Part shown: positions 41,361-50,717 of the stretch, in pieces
How the letters are laid out: each line of letters starts with the position of its first letter
How positions within the stretch are numbered: position 1 is the stretch's first letter
Source of the DNA: Spirochaetia bacterium
Lineage (GTDB): Bacteria > Spirochaetota > Spirochaetia > SZUA-6 > Bin103
Length of the DNA stretch: 64,000 bases
Direction: 5' to 3'
Assembly: GCA_965198005.1 (NCBI GenBank)
Contig: CBDAOI010000004.1
Coordinates: 1,568,001-1,632,000, forward strand
Translations under genes and position numbers: made by a program
The notes under the pieces: model-generated
Told to the model about the DNA's origin: nothing
What the model saw: only the letters and a program-made list of their open reading frames with translations
Database searches by the model: none

Positions 41361-41970
41361 TGTCATCGTGACCCTTCATGACCATCCGTCGAACCCCAAG
41401 CGAGGCACGCTAGCATAGGCGCGGCGCGCCGTCAACGACTCGTGGGGGTCACCGAAGGTCACCGCCAACCCGTCACCGCGCTGTCGCCATCCTGGCGCCT
41501 CATGCCATCCTGGCACGTCATCATGGCAGTTCATCACCGATCCGTCGAACCCCAGACGAGGCAAGCTTGCTATGGACGCGACCACCCTGTCAACGACTCG
41601 CACGTCACCGAACATCACCGGCCACCGGTCACTGCGCTGACTGTCGTCATGGCGCGTCATCATCGATCCGTCGAACCCCACCCCAAGCGAGGCAAGCTTG
41701 CTATGGAGGCGACCACCCTGTCAACGACTCGCAGGTGACCGACCGTGACCGCCAGCCGGTTACTGCGCTGACTGTCATCATGGCAGTTCATCACCGTTCC
41801 GTCGAACCCCAGGCGAGGCCAGCTTGCTACGGACGCGGCCACCCTGTCAACGACTCGGACGTCACCGAACATCACCGGCCACCGCGCTGGCGGTCGTCGG
41901 GGCGCATCATCTGCATTCGCCGAACCCCTAACGGTGCACTCTCTTGCGAGCGCGGCCACCCTGTCAACAG
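41361..41970 (-). promoter_or_regulatory. Five tandem promoter-bearing repeats
   Basis: Minus-strand TTGAC(G/A) starting at 41435, 41593, 41724, 41850 and 41967. Confidence 0.7.
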
Positions 41971-42680
41971 CGCCGACCGGCACCTCCCGGGGTGTCACGC
42001 CGGATGCACCGTGACCTCCACCCGTGGCTCCATCCGTGGCGCCACGGGTGGCATGTAGCTCCCGGCCCGCGACAGGGACGTCGTGGGCTGGGAGCCCGTC
42101 GGCAACTCCGGAGGCGCGCCGGGCACGCGTCCGAGCAGGTCCACGAGCGCCGGGCTGTGTATGGGCGTGAGCTGGCCAGCCAGCTCGAAGCGGCCCCTGG
42201 CATTGTGGTGTCGGCGCATCAACGGGCACCGCAGACCGAGTCGGCGAAGTGACTCATCACACGACTGACGTGTCGTCCGTTCGTGGGCAGACACGGTCGG
42301 TCGCGAACAAGGGGCCTTCGGACACGTTCTGAATCGGCCAATGGGCCCTTTTGCCGGATCACAGGTATCGCCATTGTGCTGATGCCGCGGGCGCACCGCT
42401 AGTGACGGTTGGCCGGTGGTGCCCGCGCGGATGGTGGCGGCGTGAGAGGTAGCGCTGCCACGTCATGCCACCGCTTCATCGGCCACGGCAGAGTTCGTAT
42501 CCAGTGGCCTCCACCCGTGGCGCCCTCCCTGGCGCCACGGCTGGCAACGGCCCACAGACCACGACACGAGGTCGGGGGCTGTGGGCTGCTTCGCTGGTCC
42601 GGAGGGGGGGCCCGGAAGGCGACCGAGCAGGTCGGCGAGCGCCCGGCTGTGCATGGGCGTGGCCTTGCCGGTCAGCGGGA
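41970..42680 (+). repeat. R2 - R3 - diverged R2 repeat cluster, upstream of operon 4
   Basis: R2 ~41970-42252, R3 ~42305-42505, diverged R2 ~42505-42680. Confidence 0.85.
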
Positions 42681-42703
42681 AGCCGATGCTCCGATCTGGA
42701 CCC

Positions 42704-43300
42704 TCAGTACTCGTCGTCACAGAGGCCGTCGCGGAAGGTATGCGGCACCACCCAGTAGCCGTCGACCGTGGCGAACAGGTCGGCGGTCGCCACCCGACAG
42801 AACGCCGGAGCGACAGGCGGCCGCGAGGCCACCACGAAGGTCGGCTTGAGGTGGTAGAGCGCCGAGCGATAGGCAAGCCGCGAGCCCGGACCCCACTGCC
42901 GGTCGGCAGGGCGCTCGGGGAACAGCACCACCAGCGAGCTGCGCTTGACCAGCCACAGGGTACGCCGCGCCAGCGCCGCCCGGGGCGGGATGCCCTCGGG
43001 CACCACCGCCGAGGCGAACAGCCCCTCGGCCCGGCAGCGCCGTGCGCGCTGGCCGAACGCGCAGCCGACGAACACCTCGTCGGGGCCGCACGCTGAGTGG
43101 GCCAGCGCCGCGCGGAACGCCGCATCGACGCCGGTCGCGCAGCCCACGAAGAACCCGAACCCGTGGCGGCGGAACCGCTCGACCAGCGCGCGGCAGACCG
43201 GCTGCTCCACCTGCCCGCGGCGGCTGCCGGCAAACAGCACCGAGCGCGCCGCCACCTTGAACCGCAGCGCCGGCTGACCGGAAACCTGAAAGCTCACCAT
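42704..43300 (-). CDS. SLOG/DprA-like fold protein
   Basis: VLFAGSR...VGCATGVDAAF...ALARRT...GSRLAY; GGAGGTG Shine-Dalgarno. Confidence 0.6.
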   Translation of the reverse strand: MVSFQVSGQPALRFKVAARSVLFAGSRRGQVEQPVCRALVERFRRHGFGFFVGCATGVDAAFRAALAHSACGPDEVFVGCAFGQRARRCRAEGLFASAVVPEGIPPRAALARRTLWLVKRSSLVVLFPERPADRQWGPGSRLAYRSALYHLKPTFVVASRPPVAPAFCRVATADLFATVDGYWVVPHTFRDGLCDDEY

Positions 43301-43517
43301 CGATCGCACCTCCTGGTACTTGGTGCGGCGCCTAATTCGCACTCGGTTCCCAGCCGTCAAGCACTTTCTTCGCGCGATCTGCGCTCTCGGTTCCCTCTCC
43401 CTACGGCAGCTCCGGCTCGGCGGCGCTAGCGATCAGGCGCTCCTTCTGGGCCGCGTGCGTCATCACGCTGCGCAGGTACGCCTTGATGATGGTGCGGTAC
43501 TCGGCCGGCAGGGGCCG

Positions 43518-43851
43518 TCAGGTGCCTTGGGTGGGGGATGTCCCCTCGCCGTCTCCACGAGAGGTCCGCTCGCGGGGGTGGTAGAGGCTGTGCACGCGCT
43601 TCAGATCGCCGATCTCCACCCGCAGGTACTTCTGCGTGGTCTTCAGCGAGGCGTGGCCGAGCAGCTTGGCGATGTGCATCACGTTCGCATCGGCTCGCAG
43701 AAGATGGGTCGCCACCGAATGGCGAAACGTATAGCAGGTCAGGTCTTTCTTGAGCCCCGCCTCGGTGGCGATCTTCCACATCACCGAGCGGTTGATAGTG
43801 CTGGCGTTGAAGGTGTTGCCCCAGCCCGATAGGAACAACAGGCCCGGCTCG
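43518..43851 (-). pseudogene. C-terminal catalytic part of a tyrosine recombinase
   Basis: YTFRHSVATHLL...LLGHASLKTTQKY; 5' part replaced by the adjacent element. Confidence 0.85.
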
Positions 43852-43965
43852 TGTTTCCAGCCCGCCACTGTTTCCAAACCGTGCCAAGCAGGGTTGCCAG
43901 CGCGTGCCAGCCTGTGATGCTGGTATCCGCCAGCGGCGAACGCCAGCGGTGCCGGCTGTCGCGGT

Positions 43966-44763
43966 TTAGTCGTGGAGTTCATCGGCAACGATGTTGGTGG
44001 AGTCGATGATGCGGATATCGTTGACGGCGGCACGCAGGATGGAGCGATAGCAGACGGCGTTGACCAGGCGCGGAACGCCGCCGGCGTGGCGGTGAATGTC
44101 AGCTTTGGCATCATCGGCGAAGATCGAGGCAGGGCGGCCACAGCGGGCGGTGTGGTGGTCGATGTAGCGACAGGTCTCCTCCAGAGCCATGGCCGGCATG
44201 TGATAGGAGATACGGATGCGCTGGCGCAAGGAAGCGAAGGAAACATATCTGAGCAACTCGCGCAGCTCGGGTTGGCCGGCGAGGACGAAGGTGATGGAGT
44301 TTTTGGTGTCGAAGGCGAAGTTGACCATGTTCTTGATGGCCACCAGGGCGGTGGCCGCAAGGTCCTGAGCATCGTCGAGGATGACTAGTGGTTTCTTGGT
44401 CAGCTCGGGGATGGTCTTGAAGAACAGCTGCTTGGCCTGGCCGGCGAAGAACGGCGGATCGATCTTCAACTCATCGAGGATTGCCTTGTAGAGCTGGGCT
44501 TCCGAGAGGCCGGCGCCGCGGACATAGAGGGGGCGGTAGCGGTTGCCGTCGAGTTCGCTGACGAAGGCGGCGAGGGCGACCGACTTGCCGCAACCGATGG
44601 GGCCGGTGAGGAGCAGGAGATCCTCGTCGGCGACGCCGAAGGAGAGGCGGGAGAGCGCCTCCTGATGGGCGGCGGAGAGGAACGTGTCGGCGGGCTGGAG
44701 GTGCTTGCCGAACGGCAGGCGGGAGAAGCCGAAGAAGGAGAGGACGTGATCATGCATCTGCAT
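43966..44763 (-). CDS. ExeA-like AAA transposition ATPase
   Basis: FFGFSRLPF, Walker A GPIGCGKS, Walker B ILDDAQ, LAGQPEL, GVPRLVN. Confidence 0.9.
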   Translation of the reverse strand: MQMHDHVLSFFGFSRLPFGKHLQPADTFLSAAHQEALSRLSFGVADEDLLLLTGPIGCGKSVALAAFVSELDGNRYRPLYVRGAGLSEAQLYKAILDELKIDPPFFAGQAKQLFFKTIPELTKKPLVILDDAQDLAATALVAIKNMVNFAFDTKNSITFVLAGQPELRELLRYVSFASLRQRIRISYHMPAMALEETCRYIDHHTARCGRPASIFADDAKADIHRHAGGVPRLVNAVCYRSILRAAVNDIRIIDSTNIVADELHD

Positions 44764-46153
44764 CGTGGTGCTCCTTGGGGGTAGTGCGGAACTGGCTGAA
44801 CGAAGTCTGGTTACGGTCGCGAAGCCGGGCGTGGTGCTGCTCGCGCAGGCGGGTGAAGTAGTCCCGGGCGGCGGCCGACACCTCAGGCGGCTTGGCGCGG
44901 GACTCCTCGGGGACCGCCGGCACCTGTGTGGTGACCTGTTTGGAAGTGCTGGTGGTCTCCAGCAGGCCGCCGCCGGGGTCGTAGATGGCCAGCTGGGCGA
45001 GGTCGTAGGGATCGAAGCGGACCTCGACGACGCTGCCATGAGGAACGGCGGTGACAGGGTATTGGTTGCCGTGCAGCTTGATCCTGCCGTACTTGCTGAC
45101 GGTGCGCCGTTCGCGCCACAGGAACAGGGCGTTGAAGGTCTCCAGATCGGTGATGCGGCGGTGGTCGGCGGGCAGCCCGTCGCGGAAACGTGCATCTGGA
45201 CTCTGGCCGGTGGCTGAGTGGACGCGGACGTTGTATTCCAGATCCATCCAGGCCCAGAAGGCGGAGTTCAGTTCATCGAGAGTACGCATCCCGGCGACTT
45301 GGGCCTCGCGTTGGAACTGGTTCTTGATGATCTTGTTGGCGGCCTCGACCTTGCCCTTGCAATAACTTTGATAGGGCGGGTGGCGCACTCGTTTGACCTG
45401 TAACTCGACCAGGATGGCCAGCATGTGGCGCGAGATGTAAACTTTTCCGTTGTCGACATAACACCGAACCGGCACGCCGTAACGCAGGACGCAATAGCGG
45501 AAGCTGTCCATCAGGGCGGGCAGCTTCTCGTCGAAATAGTACTTGCCGAACAGGATTTTGCGGGAGAAGTCGTCGATCCAGAGGAACAGGTAGGTTTTCT
45601 TGCGGCCTTGGGGGGTGTTGAGCCAGATGCCGTCGCGGGCGTCGGCCTGCAGGAGGGCCAGGGAGTGCGGTGCCTCGAACGAGCGGTAGGAGCTGCGCGA
45701 GTCTTCAGCGAGCATGCGGTAGCGGACCGCCTGGGTGAGGCCCTGCTCGGCCAGGAAGCGGTAGATGGTGCGATCTGAGATGCGTTTGATCTTGCTGCCC
45801 AACTGATCGTCGGTGGCGAGCAGCTTGCGCAGTTGGGGGACGCTCCTGGTGGGCAGCTCGTTGACCAGCGCGAGGAGCTTGGCGCGCAGCCCAGGATCGT
45901 GGACGCGAGGCGAGGTGGGCCGCGGCCGGTAGAACAGCAGCCCCCGGGGGCCCTTCTTGCGATAGCGGTGGAGGTAGCCTCTGATGGTGCGCCCCCCAAC
46001 CCGATGCTGCTCGCAGTAGCGCCGGCGTTCCGCGCGTTTGTCGGCGTTCCCGATGTGCGGGTCGAGCAGCATCTCGACCAAGCGCAGGCGTTCGTCAAAC
46101 GCCTCCATGGCCGCGTCCGGGATCTGCTCCCAAGGGAAGTCGGGGCCGCTCAT
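44750..46153 (-). CDS. DDE (rve) transposase with Mu-like C-terminus
   Basis: QADARDG, IDDFSR, YVDNG, KGKVE, YNVRVHS, RTVSKYG. Confidence 0.9.
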   Translation of the reverse strand: MSGPDFPWEQIPDAAMEAFDERLRLVEMLLDPHIGNADKRAERRRYCEQHRVGGRTIRGYLHRYRKKGPRGLLFYRPRPTSPRVHDPGLRAKLLALVNELPTRSVPQLRKLLATDDQLGSKIKRISDRTIYRFLAEQGLTQAVRYRMLAEDSRSSYRSFEAPHSLALLQADARDGIWLNTPQGRKKTYLFLWIDDFSRKILFGKYYFDEKLPALMDSFRYCVLRYGVPVRCYVDNGKVYISRHMLAILVELQVKRVRHPPYQSYCKGKVEAANKIIKNQFQREAQVAGMRTLDELNSAFWAWMDLEYNVRVHSATGQSPDARFRDGLPADHRRITDLETFNALFLWRERRTVSKYGRIKLHGNQYPVTAVPHGSVVEVRFDPYDLAQLAIYDPGGGLLETTSTSKQVTTQVPAVPEESRAKPPEVSAAARDYFTRLREQHHARLRDRNQTSFSQFRTTPKEHHDADA

Positions 46154-46782
46154 TCGAGGTCCTCGCGCTCGCCGACGACGGCCCGCCGGCACAGCCAATC
46201 GCGGTACTCGCTGGTGAGCTCGTCGAGGGACAGGCGGGACTGCTCAGCGTACAGCTCACGCAGGCGCTCGACCTCCTCGGCGAGCTTCTGCAGCAGCACC
46301 TCGCCGGCTACCTCCAGGTGGTGTGAATCGAGCGACTGCCACGGCTCGGGAGTGAGGAACAACTCCAGCACCCAGTCACAGAGAAACTGCAACCGGTCGC
46401 CGATCAGCTGCAGCAGCTGGGAGAGTTCATCGAATCCGCCCAGCACGCACTGGGGAGCATCGATGAGCTGGCTCAGAATGTTCTCCCGCACCAGCGCCGC
46501 CTGGCGGCTGAAGATCGACCCCCGAGTGTGGTCGGCGTGCAGCAACGCCGTCGCATCGCTGCTGCGGTAGCCAGCCAGGGCACGCCACAGATCGCGCTCA
46601 TCGGCGCTCCTGCGCCGGCAATGCTCCAGCAACCAGTCGCGGCGGCGTGGCGGTGGCGTCGGTTCGGTCAAGATCCGATGAAAGAGCAGCAGCAGCTCTT
46701 CCAGCTGCGCCAAACGGTCGGGGGAAACCAGTAGTTGATCCACTTTGATGCCTCCTGAGGGTGGATGCTTAAGTGGTATCAA
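46150..46782 (-). CDS. Hypothetical protein of the transposon
   Basis: 210-aa ORF overlapping both neighbours on the same strand. Confidence 0.6.
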   Translation of the reverse strand: MIPLKHPPSGGIKVDQLLVSPDRLAQLEELLLLFHRILTEPTPPPRRRDWLLEHCRRRSADERDLWRALAGYRSSDATALLHADHTRGSIFSRQAALVRENILSQLIDAPQCVLGGFDELSQLLQLIGDRLQFLCDWVLELFLTPEPWQSLDSHHLEVAGEVLLQKLAEEVERLRELYAEQSRLSLDELTSEYRDWLCRRAVVGEREDLE

Positions 46783-47362
46783 ACCAACAGCCGCCTCGAA
46801 ATACTAAACTCAATGGAATCGGCGGGGGGCTCCGGGCGCGCTCCGCGACGTAGGCGAGGTGAACGCAGCCGATAACGGTGAACGCTACTCCGATGGCGGT
46901 GAGCGCGGCCTGTCTGGCATCCTCCAGCGCGGCCACTGAGCGCCGCAACTGCGCCAGCGCACCTTCGCCCACGCGCACCGGTGGCAAGGCGGTGAACGGC
47001 GCCAGCTCGGCCACCCACTCGTTCACCTCCAGCAGCATCGCTGCGATGTTGTCGTCCACCCACAGCAGATGACGCGCTATGGTGCGCTCACAGGCGCTGC
47101 CGATCACCGCGTAGCCGTGGTCACGCGCGCTGCCGGCCGTGGGGTGCTTCTTCCGCAGCTCGAGCACCAGGTCGAGCCTGATGTTGCACTCGGGAATCAC
47201 AAACCACGGCAGCATGCGTTTGGTGTACTGGGTGCCCGCTTCCCGCGCCCGCTCACAGATGATCACCACGATCAGGTGTTGGTGATTACTGCCGTCGGTG
47301 CACCGCACCAGGCGTTTGCAGTAGCAATGAATCACCACCGCATGGCTCTCCCCGCACAGCAC
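46769..47362 (-). CDS. DUF6431-like Cys-containing protein; start uncertain
   Basis: LCG...HCYCKR...IICE...TKRMLPWFVIP; first gene of the element. Confidence 0.55.
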   Translation of the reverse strand: MLCGESHAVVIHCYCKRLVRCTDGSNHQHLIVVIICERAREAGTQYTKRMLPWFVIPECNIRLDLVLELRKKHPTAGSARDHGYAVIGSACERTIARHLLWVDDNIAAMLLEVNEWVAELAPFTALPPVRVGEGALAQLRRSVAALEDARQAALTAIGVAFTVIGCVHLAYVAERARSPPPIPLSLVFRGGCWFDTT

Positions 47363-47594
47363 GCAGGGACGCTTGCCGCCTTCTCTGATCAGGGATTGGC
47401 GGTAGGCTTGAAAGTCGAAGCCGTCTAGTTCAGGATGATCCAGCTTTTAGGTGGGGGTCACCGTTGTACCCGGAGTAAGTACTGGCGGTGGCCCCTATCT
47501 TTTTTCGTGATCTCCGGAACGCTTCCCGGGCGAACCTATCCTACCCCACTGGCGGATTTGTCCACATCTCGGAAATCTCACCTGGCGGGCAACA

Positions 47595-48069
47595 CGATGC
47601 GACCGAGCAACTCCCCGCGCAACTCCTCCGGTCCCACCTGCGTCTGGTCGATCAACAGGTGCGCGTAGCGCGGCACTCCCGGCCAATCTCGCACCGCTTC
47701 GGCAAACAGCTCCGCAAACTCGCGCGCTTCGCGCCAAACGCGCCCGCCCTGATACAGAACCAGCGGTACGATCGGGCGCAACTGTTTCTCCTGCGGATGC
47801 CGCCGCCGATCGCGTTCCCAGATCCGGATGCTGTACTTCAGCAGCCGCAGCCGCAACCACGGGTCCGGGGTCGACTGGTGCTCCAGCAGCACGTACAGCC
47901 ACGCCGCGGCGCCGTCGGCCGTGCGCCGGATCGCGTACAGCAGGTCCGATTCGCTGTCGCGCAGGCGGTCGTCGATGAAGCTCACCGACTGCCACTCGAG
48001 GCTCGACCACAGCAATTCGCGGCTGACCGACGGCGGCAGGTAGGCTTGCAGCAGGCTGGCCGCCTCGGT
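47595..48069 (-). pseudogene. Rpn (YhgA-like) recombination-promoting nuclease fragment
   Basis: SFIDDRLRDSESDLLY...YVLLEHQSTPD...RLLKY...IVPLVLYQG. Confidence 0.9.
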
Positions 48070-48545
48070 CAGGGTCAGGCACAGGCCTGACCACAGCGCC
48101 AGCCACGGCGCCTGCTCCATGTACTTGCGGCCGTCCCGGCTCAGCAGCGTCCCCCAGCTCGGAATCTCGGGCGACAGTCCGAACCCCAGGAAACTCAGCG
48201 ACGCCTCGCTGATGATCACCGCGCCGATGTTGATGCAGCCCCGGAAACGCCATCCAGGCATCGACAACCCGCTGGACCACCAGGTCCAGCTTGCCACCGA
48301 AGAATCCGGCCGTGCCGCCGATCAGCACCGCAACCAGGACGTTGAGGCTGGTCGCGACCAGGCCGACGAACATGGAAATACGCGCCCCGTGGATATTGCG
48401 GCTCAAGAAGTCGCGCCCCAACTGATCGGTACCCATCAGATGCTCGGCCGACGGGGGCTTCAGCAGCGCTCTCAGGTGCACTTCATCGAAAATCGCCACC
48501 AGAATCAAGCCCAGTACGACCACGCCGCCAGCGGTGCCGAGCGGC
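48070..48545 (-). pseudogene. dppC: GC-rich DppC permease with several deletions
   Basis: PLGTAGGVV...MGTDQLGRD...AWMAFPG / INIGAVIISEASLSFLG; near-identical in part to ~50940-51265. Confidence 0.85.
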
Positions 48546-48547
48546 TC

Positions 48548-48866
48548 TCTACGTCGACGCCAATGGCCTGCCAGTAGGAGGCAGCGAATTGTGCATAGTC
48601 GAAATCGGCATGTTCGAAATGGGACTCGGTAGCCTTGATTCGAATACCGTCGGCGCCGCGCGGATATCCAGCCTCATCCAGAAGCTTCTCGGCCCCTTCC
48701 GGGTCGTAGTAGGTGTCGTTCATCGTCTCGAGGTCGAGTGCCATCTGCATCGCCCGGCGCACCCTGACGTCTTTTGAGAACGGATTGTCCTTGCTCATGT
48801 TAAAAGCGAAAGCGTTCTCCGACCGAATCGACCACGGGTAGAATGTGATTTCGGGGTTGGTCCGCA
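48548..48866 (-). pseudogene. Family-5 SBP internal fragment with deletion
   Basis: RTNPEITFYPW...DVRVRRAMQMALDLE...YY/DPEGAEKLLDEAGYPRGADG. Confidence 0.85.
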
Positions 48867-48956
48867 TGGAGGGGTCGGGGAATTCGCGGCTGACCGCCGT
48901 ACGCGAAGCGTAGTAGTACTTGCCTTCCATCGCTGCCGGACGTACATTGGCCGTAC

Positions 48957-49244
48957 ATGCCGACAGTCACGAACCGTCGCCGCAGCGAGCGTTTGGAAGT
49001 CAGGACCACGCCGGAGGATCGCACTCTCATCGACCGAGCCGTTGCCGCGGAGGGAACTGATCTCACTGCGTTCGTCGTGAGCAGCGTCACAACCGCTGCG
49101 CGCCGCGTGCTCGCGGATCGGTCCGCGTTCATCATGACCCCCGAAGTTGCCAAGGTCTGGGAGGCCACCAACAAGCGCCAAGCCCGGGACTTGCCCGGAC
49201 TTCGCAAGCTGATGAAGCGTGCCTCACCCTTCGTCACCGGATGA
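48957..49244 (+). CDS. DUF1778 antitoxin
   Basis: RSERLEVRTT...LIDRAVA...AFVV...AARRVL. Confidence 0.9.
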   Translation: MPTVTNRRRSERLEVRTTPEDRTLIDRAVAAEGTDLTAFVVSSVTTAARRVLADRSAFIMTPEVAKVWEATNKRQARDLPGLRKLMKRASPFVTG

Positions 49245-49762
49245 TCCACGGATACCTGCCGCCGGGACTGCTGACCAACGACCACGTGGTGGAGAGCTTC
49301 GCGTGCCGTTCCGTGGAGCAGACCCAGTGGCTCAGACGATACGCCCGCCAGTCGGCTGCTGCCGGTACGACGAAGGTCTTGGTGGTCACGCAGTCCGACC
49401 GCGTGGAGGTCGTCGGCTATTACGCATGGTGCATGGCAAGCATCGCTGTGGAGGCCGCCCCGCAGCGGCTGAGGAGGGGAGCTGGACGCTATCCACAGCC
49501 GGTTGCTCTGCTGGCGCGACTTGGCGTCAGTGTCCGACACGAACGGCGTGGCTTGAGTGCAGGGATGCTGCAAGACGTGATCAAGCGCACCACCGCCCTT
49601 GGTACCGAAATCGGCTGTCGAGGGCTCCTGGTCCATGCCGAGACTGCTGAGGTCAGCGACTTCTACCGGCACCTGGTCCCCGAGTTCGAGCCCTCGCCGA
49701 CAGACGAGCTCCATCTGCTGCTGCTCATGAAGGACATTCTCCGCACCCTGAGCGTGCGGTAG
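49241..49762 (+). CDS. GNAT-family toxin (TacT/AtaT-like)
   Basis: FAC...WLRRYA, VVGYY, PVALLARLGV, GLLVHA, FYRH. Confidence 0.9.
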   Translation: MIHGYLPPGLLTNDHVVESFACRSVEQTQWLRRYARQSAAAGTTKVLVVTQSDRVEVVGYYAWCMASIAVEAAPQRLRRGAGRYPQPVALLARLGVSVRHERRGLSAGMLQDVIKRTTALGTEIGCRGLLVHAETAEVSDFYRHLVPEFEPSPTDELHLLLLMKDILRTLSVR

Positions 49763-49765
49763 CGC

Positions 49766-49845
49766 CGTCGGCAGGTAGGCTTGCAGCAGGCTGGCCGCTT
49801 CGGTTTCCTTGTGTTCTCCGAAGACGGAACGGAACAGGTGCCACA
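49766..49845 (-). pseudogene. Rpn N-terminal fragment
   Basis: LFRSVFGEHKETEAASLLQAYLP; shares ~35 bp with 48035-48069. Confidence 0.7.
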
Positions 49846-49926
49846 CCAGACCGACGGGGGATCGGGAACTCCGGGTGGTAACCGCCCATGGCGCCTTCGT
49901 GAACCCGGGACATCGCCGCGCTTTGA

Positions 49927-50232
49927 TCAGGCTGGTTCGTAGCGCTGAACTGCGATCTCACTCGCACGTGCACGCATCTGAGCGGCATCGTACCATGCCT
50001 GCATCTTCAGCAGCAGGTCCAGGCTGACGTCGAAGGCTTTCTCGATGCGCAACGCCATTTCCGGAGAGAGCGAGGCGTTGCCATTGAGCAGGGCCGAGAG
50101 GGTCGCCCGACGGACCCCGAGAATCAGGGCTGCCCTCGTTACGCTCAGCCCCAACTCCTCAATAACCTCCGTGCGGATAAAATCGCCCGGATGAGATGGG
50201 GCCATGTTCACTTCGATACCGTTGGTAGCCAT
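49927..50232 (-). CDS. higA: HigA antitoxin
   Basis: HPGDFIRTEVIEELGLSVTRAA...LSPEMALRIEKAF. Confidence 0.95.
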   Translation of the reverse strand: MATNGIEVNMAPSHPGDFIRTEVIEELGLSVTRAALILGVRRATLSALLNGNASLSPEMALRIEKAFDVSLDLLLKMQAWYDAAQMRARASEIAVQRYEPA

Positions 50233-50522
50233 CAGTGGTAATCCTCCAGATTCAAGCTGTCGATGTAGCCGTCCTCTACTGCAAACGTGATCCGCCAATT
50301 GCCGGAGACCGAAACGCTCCAGTCGTGCTGCCGGTCACCGGAGAGTCGGTGAACACGCCAGCCAGGCGGCGCCGCGGCAATAAACTCGTCAATGTTCTCG
50401 GCCAGGATGAACACGGTCAGGATCTTTCGCACTCGGTCGACAAGGTCCTGCGGCAGAAACCTGGGGTTGTCGTCCTCGAGCAGGCGGCGCAACCCCCGGT
50501 GACGCACAGAGCGAATGATCAC
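50232..50522 (-). CDS. higB: HigB (RelE-like) toxin
   Basis: IRSVRHRGLRRL...PGWRVHRLSGDR..WSVSVSGNWRITF...LEDYH. Confidence 0.9.
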   Translation of the reverse strand: MIIRSVRHRGLRRLLEDDNPRFLPQDLVDRVRKILTVFILAENIDEFIAAAPPGWRVHRLSGDRQHDWSVSVSGNWRITFAVEDGYIDSLNLEDYH

Positions 50523-50717
50523 GCCACAAGCGTACGGCTGCACCGTTCGCGTGGCAAGCAGCGCGTCGTGCGCGGTGGCGCGGCAAGCGGTGCCCGTTTC
50601 CCGGATCCGCGGCATCTCCCGGCGGTGGCGCGAGGTCGAAGTGTTCGGGAGGCTGTGACCTGCCCTCACCCGCGCGACCGGCTGCGACCGGACCTGGGCC
50701 GTGCCCGCCGGCCGCGG

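Larger units (their letters stand above)
43852..47594 (-). mobile_element. Four-gene transposon: DUF6431-like, hypothetical, DDE transposase, ExeA-like ATPase
   Basis: Ends TGTTTCCAGCC / GGCGGGCAACA (imperfect IR, TGT...ACA); both flanking genes are truncated at these ends; no TSD. Confidence 0.7.

Noticed and set aside
22261-41970. Tandem repeats as a CRISPR array
   Set aside because: Units are homologous over their full length with no unique spacers, and no cas genes are present.
47578-48297. DppC-Rpn fusion ORF
   Set aside because: Junction of two pseudogene fragments with no credible start.
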